A DNA stretch of 35,260 nt, taken from the NCBI RefSeq assembly GCF_018977255.1, contig NW_024705548.1:1-35260 (forward strand). Direction: 5' to 3'. Origin of the DNA: Callorhinchus milii (lineage: Eukaryota). The notes below the pieces were generated by a model, which had not been told where the DNA came from, did not search any database, and saw only the letters and a list, made by a program, of their open reading frames with translations. Position numbers and translations under genes: made by a program. Position 1 is the stretch's first letter; each line of letters opens with the position of its first letter. Of the stretch, positions 14,428 through 35,260 are shown one piece after another.

Positions 14428-17400
14428 CATCCATCCATCCATCCATTCATCCAACCGTCCATCCATCCATCCATCCATCCAACCATCTATCTGTCAATCT
14501 ATCCATCTATCTATCCATCTATGTTTCCATCTATCTATCTATCTAACCATGCATCCGTCCGTACGTGCGTCCGTCCTTCCATCCATCCATGCATCCAACC
14601 AGCCATCCATCCATCCATCCACCCATCCAGCCCTCCATCCCTCCCTCCCTCCCTCCATCCATCCATCCATCCATCCATCCATTCATTCATCCAACCATCC
14701 ATCCATCCATCCATCCATCCAACCATCTATCTGTCAATCTATCCATCTATCTATCCATCTATGTTTCCATCTATCTATCTATCTAACCATGCATCCGTCC
14801 GTCCGTCCGTCCTTCCATCCATCGATCCATCCGTCCATCCAACCATCCTTCCATCCATCCATCCATCCATCTATCCATCTATCCATCTATCCATCTATCC
14901 ATCTATGCATCTATCTATACATTTACCCTTCCATCCATCCATCCATGCGTCCGTCCATCCATCCATCCATCCATCCATCCACCCATCCATCCATCCATCC
15001 ATTCATCCAACCATCCATCCATGCAACCATCTATCTATCAATCTATCCATCTATCCATCTATCTTTCCATCTATCTATCTAACCATCCATCCGTCCGTCC
15101 GTACGTCCGCCCTTCCATCCATCCATGCATCCATCCATGCATCCATCCATCCATCCATCCATCCATCCAACCATCCATCCATTCATCGATCCATCCGTCC
15201 ATCCAACCATTCGTCCATCCATCCATCCATCCGTCCTTCCGTCCGTCCGTCCGTCCGTCCGTCCGTCCATCCATAAATCCATCCATCCATCCATCGATTC
15301 GTCCGTCCGTCCGTCCGCTCGTCTATCATTCTGTCTATACATCCATCCATCCATCAATCCATCGATTCGTCCGTCCGTCCGTCGTTCCGTCCGTCTATCT
15401 ATCCGTCTATCTGTCCATCTATGTATCTATCTATCCATCCATCCATCCATCCATTCATCCATCCATCCAATCATCCATGCATCCATCCATCCATTCATCC
15501 ATTCATCCATCGATTCTTCCGTCCGTCCGTCCGTCCATCCGTCCGTCCGTACGTCCGTACTTCTGTCCATCCGTACGTTCGTCCGTCTATCTATCCGTCT
15601 GTCTGTCCATCTATCCATCCATTCATCCATCCATCCATCCATCCATTCATTCATTCATCCATCCATCCATGCATCCATCCAACCATTCATCCTTCCATCC
15701 ATCTATCCACCCTTCCATCCATCCATCCATGCATCCATCCATCCATCCATCCATCGATCCGTCCGTCCGTCCTTCCGTCCGTCCGTCCGTCCGTCCTTCC
15801 GTCCGTCCGTTCGTCTGAACGTCCGTCCATCTATTTGTCCGTCTACCCATCCATCCATCCATCCATCCATCCATCCATCCATCCATCCATCCATCCATCC
15901 ATGCATCCATCCATCCATCCATCCATCTATCCATCTATCCATCTATCCATCCATCCATCCATCCATTCATCCAACCATCCATCCATCCATCCATCCATCC
16001 ATCCATCCATCCATCCATCCATCCATCCATCCATCCATCCATCCATCCATCCATCCATCCATCCATCCATCCATCCATCCATCCATCCATCCATCCATCC
16101 ATCCATCCATCCATCCATCCATCCATCCATCCATCCATCCATCCATCCATCCATCCATCCATCCATCCATCCATCCATCCATCCATTCATTCATTCATTC
16201 ATTCATTCATTCATTCATTCATTCATTCATTCATTCATTCATTCATTCATCCATCCATCCATCCATCCATCCATCCATCCATCCATCCATCCATCCATCC
16301 ATCCATCCATCCATCCATCCATCCATCCATCCATCCATCCATCGTCCATCCATCCATCCATCCATCGATCCGTCCGTCCGTCCATCCGTCCGTCCTTACG
16401 TCCGTCCGTCCTACCGTCCGTCCGTCCGTCCGTCCGTCAGTCCGTTCGTCTGAACGTGCTTCCATCTATCTGTCCGTCTATCCATCCATCGATCCATCTA
16501 TCCATCCATGCATCCATCCATCCATCGATCCTTCGATCCGTCCGTCCTTCCGTCCGTCCGTCCTACCGTTCGTCCGTCCGTCCGTCGGAACGTCCGTCCA
16601 TCTATCTGTCCGTCCATCCATCCATCCATCCATCCATCCATCCATCCATCCATCCAACCATCCATCCATACATCCATCCATCCATGCATCCATCCATCCA
16701 TCCATCCATTCATCCATCCATCCATCCATCCATCCATCCATCCATCCATCCATCGATCCGTCCGTCCTTCCGTCCGTCCGTCCGTCCGTCCGTCGGAACG
16801 TCCGTCCATCTATCTGTCCGTCCATCCATCCATCCAACCATCCATCCATACATCCATCCATCCATCCATCCATCCATCCATCCATCCATCCATCCATCCA
16901 TCCATCCATCCATCCATCTTCCATCCATCCATCCATCCATCCACCATCCATCCATCCATCCATCTATCCATCCATCCATCCATCCATCCATCCATCCATC
17001 CATCCATCCATCCATCCATCCATCCATTCTTCCATCCATCCATCCATCCATCCATCCATCCATCCATCCATCCATCCATCCATCCATCCATCCGTCCGTC
17101 CGTCCGTCCGTCCGTCCGTCCATCCATCCATCCATCCATCCATCCATCCATCCATCCATCCATCCATCCATCCATCCATCCATCCATCCATCCATCCATC
17201 CATCCATCCTTTCATTCATTCATTCATTCATTCATTCATTCATTCATTCATTCATTCATTCATTCATTCATTCATTCATTCATTCATTCATTCATTCATT
17301 CATTCATTCATTCATTCATTCATTCATTCATTCATTCATTCATTCATCATTCATTCATTCATTCATTCATTCATTCATTCATTCATTCATTCATTCATTC

Positions 17401-19557
17401 ATTCATTCATTCATTCATTCATTCATTCATTCATTCATTCATTCATTCATTCATTCATTCATTCATTCATTCATTCATTCATCCATCCATCCAGCCGTCC
17501 ATCCATCCATCCATCCATCCATCCATCCATCCATTCTTCCATCCATCCATCCATCCACCAATCCATCCATCCATCCATCTATCCATCCATCCGTCCATCC
17601 ATCCATCCATCCATCGATCCGTCCGTCCGTCCATCCGTCCGTCCTTACGTCCGTCCGTCCTACCGTCCGTCCGTCCGTCCGTCCGTCCGTCAGTCCGTTC
17701 GTCTGAACGTGCTTCCATCTATCTGTCCGTCTATCCATCCATCGATCCATCTATCCATCCATGCATCCATCCATCCATCGATCCATCGATCCGTCCGTCC
17801 TTCCGTCCGTCCGTCCTACCGTCCGTCCGTCCGTCCGTCCGTTCGTCTGAACGTGCTTCCATCTATCTGTCCGTCTATCCATCCATCGATCCATCTATCC
17901 ATCCATGCATCCATCCATCCATCGATCCATCGATCCGTCCGTCCTTCCGTCCGTCCGTCCTACCGTTCGTCCGTCCGTCCGTCGGAACGTCCGTCCATCT
18001 ATCTGTCCGTCCATCCATCCATCCATCCATCCATCCATCCATCCATCCATCCAACCATCCATCCATACATCCATCCATCCATCCATGCATCCCATCCATC
18101 CATCCATCCATCCATCCATTCATTCATCCATCCATCCATCGATCCATCCATCGATCCGTCCGTCCTTCCGTCCGTCCGTCCGTCCGTCCGTCCGTCGGAA
18201 CGTCCGTCCATCTATCTGTCCGTCCATCCATCCATCCATCCAACCATCCATCCATACATCCATCCATCCATGCACCCATCCATCCATCCATCCGTCCGTC
18301 CGTCCTTCCATCCATCCATGCATCCATCCATCCACCCATCCATTCATCCATCCATCCATGCATCCATCCATCCATCCATTCATCGATCCATCCGTCCGTC
18401 CAGCCATCCTTCCATCCATCCATCCATCCATCCATCCATCCATCCATCCATCTATCCATCTATCCATCTATCCATCTATCTATACATCTATCCTTCCATC
18501 CATCCATCCGTCCATCCATACATACATCCATCCATCCATACATCCATTCATCCAACCATCCATCCATCCATCCATCCATCCATTCATCCAACCATCCATC
18601 CATCCATCCATCCATCCATGCATCCATCCATCCATCCATCCATCCATCCATTCATCCAACCATCCATCCATCCATCCAACCATCTATCTATCAATCTATC
18701 CATCTATCTATCAATCTATCTTTCCATCTATCTATCTATCTATCTAACCATCCATCCGTCCGTCCGTCCGTCCGTCCGTACATCCGCCCTTCCATCCATC
18801 CATCCATCCATTCATCGATCCATCCGTCCATCCAACCATCCGTCCATCCATCCATCCGTCCTTCCGTCCGTCCGTCCGTCCGTCCATCCGTCCGTCCGTC
18901 CATCCATAAATCCATCCATCCATCCATCCAACCATCCATCCATCCATCCATCGATCCATCCATCCATCCATCCATCCATCCATCCATCGATCCGTCCGTC
19001 CGTACGTCCGTCCGTCCGTCCGTCCGTCCGTCCGTCCTTGCGTCCGTCCGTCCGTCCGTCCGTCCGTGCGTCCGTCCGTCCGTCCGTCCGTCCGTCCGTC
19101 CTTCCGTCCGTCCGTCCGTCCGTCCGTCCATCCATCCATCCATCCATCCATGCATCCATCCATCCATGCATCCATCCATCCATCCATCCATCCATCTATC
19201 CATCCATCCATCTATCCATCTATCTACACATCTATCCTTCCATCCATTCATCCATCCATCCATCCATCCATCCATCCATTCATCCATTCATCCAACCATC
19301 CATCCAACCATCCATCCATTCATCGATCCATTCGTCCATCCAACCATCCATCCATCCATCCATCCATTCATCCATCCATCGATCCGTCCGTCCGTCCGTC
19401 TATCAGTCCGTCTATACATCCATCCATCCATCCATCCATCCAACCATCCATCCATCCATCCATCCATCCATCCATCCATCCATCCATCCATCCATCCATC
19501 CATCCATCCATCCATCCATCCATCCATCCATCCATCTATCCATCTATCCATCCAACC

Positions 19558-19593
19558 ATTGAAGTTCACGCAAAATATTGCGTGAACTTAAAT
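19558..19593. other. Junction hairpin, unit 1
   Basis: aagttcacgcaa (19562-19573) - aata - ttgcgtgaactt (19578-19589) forms a perfect 12-bp stem. It extends by att/aat past one mismatch. Confidence 0.93.
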
Positions 19594-19818
19594 CGTAATT
19601 GTTTTTATGATATTTGCTATGATCTTCACATCAAACTTTTCATAGAATTTTTTTTAATCGCAGGAATATACCCACTGAAATAAATTGTCATTTGTTAATA
19701 GCACCATGAAGCAACATTCAACAAAATAAAGTTGTGTTGATTTTTCATAAAAAATCCATTTCAATAAATTCTAAGGTAAAAACAAATTATGCTTGTTTTT
19801 GAACAAGATGCACAGAAA
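19571..19818. repeat. Distal part of a satellite monomer (equivalent to ~445-720)
   Basis: caaaatattgcgtgaacttaaatcgtaatt onward aligns to 445-720 and ~1176-1431. Confidence 0.93.
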
Positions 19819-21321
19819 TTTCTTTAATGAAAAATCAAAGAAATGTTTTCAATGTAGTTTTTAAGAATTTTACTTTTTAAACATTTAATATGTAATGTCA
19901 TAAAATCATTAAAATTGTTTGAAAGTATTCATATAGGTATATGAATTTCTGTGCATCTTATTCAAAAACAAATTAAATATTAATGATTGCCTTTTACGAA
20001 ATTTAATAATTTTTAATTATTTTATTGTTCGATCTTGTGGCGAAAATTCTAACAATTTTTTGTTGCGTACCAATCTGACGGTAAGTGACATTTGCTGCGA
20101 TTCTAACCCTAACCCCAAAATAAGTATATTTTGGCTTATATGTTTTATTTCTGTTTTATATAATAATATCGAGTGAGATAAAATGTTTAGAAGAAATCAT
20201 TTTATAAAAATAATTCAAACGAGTGGTCAAAACATCCACCAAAATAAAAGTGCCGAGATTTTCAAAATATTGCGTGAACTTAAATCGTAATTATTTTTAT
20301 GATATTTGTTACGATTTTCACATCAAATGTTTCATAGGATTTTTTTTAATCGCAGGAATATTCCCACTGAAATAAATTGTCATTTGTTAGTAGCACCATG
20401 AAGAAAAGAAAAGAATGTGGATAGCACAACTCAAGAAAATAAAATTGTGTAGATTTTTCATAAAAAATCCATTTGAATAAATTGTAAATTAAAAAAACAA
20501 ACAAAATTATGCTTGTTTTTGAACAAGATGCACAGAAATTTCTTTAACGAAAAATCAAAGAAATGTTTTTAATGTAGTTTTTAAAAATTTGCTTTTTAAA
20601 AATTTAATATGTAATGTCATAAATCATTAAAACTATTAGAATGTATTCATATAGTTATATGAATTTCTGGGCATCTTATTCAAAAACAAATTAAATTTTA
20701 ATGATTGCCTTTTAATAAGTTCAATAATTTTAATTATTTTAGTGTACGATCTGGTAGCGAAAATTCTAATAAATTTCTTTGCGTACCAATCTGAAGGCAA
20801 GTTGCTGCGATTATAACCCTAACCCAAAACCTAACCCCAAAATAAGTATATTTGGCTTATATGTTTTATTTCTGTTTTATATAATAATATCGAGTGAGAT
20901 AAAATGTTTAGAAGAAATTATTTTAGAAAAATAATTCAAACGAGTGGTCAAAACATCCACCAAAATAAAAGTGCCGACATTTTCTTCAAAATATTGCGTG
21001 AACTTAAATCGTAATTGTTTTTATGATATTCGTTACGATGTCCACATTAAATTTTTCATAGAATTTTTTTTAATCGCAGGAATATACCCACTCAAATAAA
21101 TTGCCATTTGTCCGTCCGTCAAATAAATTGCCAACAGCAGCATGAAACAACATTCAACAAAATAAAGTTGTGTAGATTTTTCATAAAAAATCAATTTCAA
21201 TAAATTTTAAAGTAAAAAAAACAAACAAAATTATGCTTGTTTTTGAACAAGATGCAGAGAAATTTCTTAAATGAAAAATCAAGCAAATGTTTTTAATGTA
21301 GTTTTTAAACATTTACTTTTT
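19819..21321. repeat. AT-rich satellite monomers of unit 2 (19819-20538, 20539-21262, truncated 21263-21321)
   Basis: These align to 1-720, 721-1431 and 1432-1490 respectively. Confidence 0.95.
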
Positions 21322-22597
21322 GGATGGATGGATGGATGGATGGACGGAAGGACGGACGGACGGACGGACGGATGGATGGCTGGTTGGCTGGATGGCTGGA
21401 TGGATGGATGGATGGATGGATTGATGGATAAATAGAAGGACGACCGGACAGACGGACGGACGGAAGGACGGACGGACGGATCGATGGATGGAAGGACGGA
21501 TCGATGGATGGAAGGATGGATAGATGGATGGATGGAAGGATGAATGGATGGATGGATGGATGGATGGATCGAAGGATGGATGGATGGATGGTGGATGGTT
21601 GGATGGATGGATGGATGGATGGATGGATGGATGGATGGATGGATGGATGGATGGATGGATGGATGGATGGACGGACGGACGGAAGGACGGACGGACGGAC
21701 GGACGGAAGGATGGATGGATGGATGAATGGATGGATCGATGGATTGACGGATAAATAGACGGACGACCGGACAGACGGACGGACGGAAGGACGGACGGAA
21801 GGATCGATGGATGGAAGGACGGATCGATGGATGGATGGATGAATGAATGAATGGATGAATGGATGGATGGATGGATGGACGGATGGAAAGATGGACGGAC
21901 GGACGGACGGACGGACGGACGGACGGGCGGGCGGTCGGGCGGCGGGCGTGCGGGCGGGCTGGCGGGCGGGCGGACGGACGGACGGGCGGACGGAACGACG
22001 GACCGACGACGGATGGACGGGCGGACGGATGGACGGACGTACGGACGAGCGGACGGACGGACGGACGGACGGACGGAGGGAGGGAGGGGGAGGGAGGGAG
22101 GGAGGGAGGGAGGGAGGGAGGGGGAGGGAGGGAGGAGGGAGGGGGGAGGGATGGATGGATGGAGGATGGATGGATGGATGGATGGATGGATGGATGGATG
22201 GATGGATGGATGGATGGATGGATGGATGGATGGATGGATGGATGGATGGATGGATGGATGGATGGATGGATGGATGGATGGATGGATGGATGGAAGGACG
22301 GACGGACGGACGGACGGGACGGTCGGACGGACTGAGAGACGGACGGACGGACGGACGAACGGACAGACAGAAGATAGATGGATGGATGGATGGGTGGGTA
22401 GGTAGGCAGGCAGGCAGGCAGGCAGGCAGACAGTCGGACGGACGGACGGACGGACGGACGGGCGGACGGGCGGGCGGGTGAGCGGGCGCGGCGGGCGGGC
22501 GGGGCGGGCGGACGGGCGGACGGGCGGACGGGCGGACGGGCGGACGGGCGGACGGGCGGACGGACGGACGGACGGACGGCGGGCTGGGTGGGTGGGT

Positions 22598-22628
<31 letters not shown>

Positions 22629-23435
22629 CATGCAGCCTGCCGGACGGACGGACGGACGGACGGACGGAAGATAGATGGATGGATGGATGGATGGATGGAT
22701 GGATGGATGGGTGGGTAGGCAGGCAGGCAGGCAGGCAGGTAGGCAGGCAGGCAGGCAGGCATGCAGACTGCCGGACGGACGGACGGACGGACGGACGGAC
22801 GGGCGGGCGGGCGGACGGGCGGACGGGCGGACGGGCGGACGGGCGGACGGCGGGCTGGGTGGGTGGGTAGGCAGGCAGGCAGGCAGGCAGACAGCCGGAC
22901 GGACGGACGGACGGACGGACGGACGGACGGACGGACGGACGGGCGGACGGGCGGGCGGGCGGGCGGACGGGCGGACGGGCGGACGGGCGGACGGGCGGAC
23001 GGGCGGACGGACGGACGGACGGCGGGCTGGGTGGGTGGGTAGGCAGGCAGGCAGGCAGGCAGGCATGCAGACTGCCGGACGGACGGACGGACGGACGGAC
23101 GGAAGATAGATGGATGGATGGATGGATGGATGGATGGGTGGGTAGGCAGGCAGGCAGGCAGGCAGGTAGGCAGGCAGGCAGGCATGCAGACTGCCGGACG
23201 GACGGACAGACAGACAGACGGACGGGCGGGCGGGCGGACGGGCGGACGGGCGGACGGGCGGACGGGCGGACGGGCGGAGGGACGGACGGACGGACGGACG
23301 GAGGGAGGGAGGGAGGGAGGGAGGCAGGGATGGATGGATGGATGGATGGATGGATGGATGGATGGATGGATGGATGGATGGAAGGACGGACGGACGGACG
23401 GACGGACGGACGGACGGACGGACGGACGGACGGAC

Positions 23436-23467
<32 letters not shown>

Positions 23468-23549
23468 AGACAGAAGATAGATGGATGGATGGATGGATGG
23501 ATGGGTGGGTAGGTAGGTAGGCAGGCAGGCAGGCAGGCAGGCAGGCAGT

Positions 23550-23586
<37 letters not shown>

Positions 23587-23590
23587 AGGA

Positions 23591-23632
<42 letters not shown>

Positions 23633-23693
23633 ACAGCCAGATGGACGGACGGACGGACGGACGGACGGACCGACAGACAGACAGACAGACAGA
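21322..23693 (+). repeat. G-rich arm of the compound microsatellite, unit 2
   Basis: It is collinear with 1491-3498, with an extra ~270 bp segment at ~21790-22060. Confidence 0.96.
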
Positions 23694-34998
<11,305 letters not shown>

Positions 34999-35001
<3 letters not shown>

Positions 35002-35260
35002 GAAGTTCACGCAAAATATTGCGTGAACTTAAATCGTAAATGTTTTTATGATATTTGCTATGATCTTCACATCAAACTTTTCATAGAATTTTTTTTAATC
35101 GCAGGAATATACCCACTGAAATAAATTGTCATTTGTTAATAGCACCATGAAGCAACATTCAACAAAATAAAGTTGTGTTGATTTTTCATAAAAAATCCAT
35201 TTCAATAAATTCTAAGGTAAAAACAAATTATGCTTGTTTTTGAACAAGATGCACAGAAAA
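34999..35260. repeat. Junction hairpin (stem 35003-35014/35019-35030) and distal satellite monomer part, unit 2
   Basis: It is nearly identical to 19558-19818 (cgtaattg vs cgtaaatg). Confidence 0.93.

Noticed and set aside
19562..19589. CRESS/geminivirus-type replication origin (AAATATTGC vs TAATATTAC in a stem-loop)
   Set aside because: The match is 7/9 and misses the conserved AC after the nick site. The motif lies partly in the stem, also occurs in hairpin-less monomers, and no Rep gene is present.

Overview
This window is non-coding, hierarchically repeated DNA that looks like eukaryotic (probably animal) satellite or heterochromatin. I find no credible gene, RNA gene or CRISPR array, and nearly every ORF in the track is an artefact of stop-free tetranucleotide repeats. 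The window consists of two diverged head-to-tail copies of one giant unit: U1 (1-19818) and U2 (19819-35260). The window end joins back to position 1. Each unit has three parts. (i) About 2.4 monomers of an AT-rich ~715 bp satellite carrying a 28-bp inverted repeat, which gives it a MITE/foldback-like form. (ii) One monomer is broken: ~385 bp are missing and are replaced by a 14-18 kb compound tetranucleotide array. This array has a ~2 kb G-rich arm (GGAT/GGAC/GGCA/GGGA) fused head-to-head at an AGATCT site to an 11-16 kb C-rich arm (TCCA/TCCG/TCTG/TCTA/TTCA/TCCC). (iii) A junction-specific 12-bp hairpin marks where the satellite resumes. The two units differ by a ~4 kb duplication or collapse, a block permutation, a patch of clustered substitutions and a templated-insertion scar. 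The novelty lies in architecture and break-repair history rather than in a coding system. Organism, function and circularity cannot be determined from the sequence alone.
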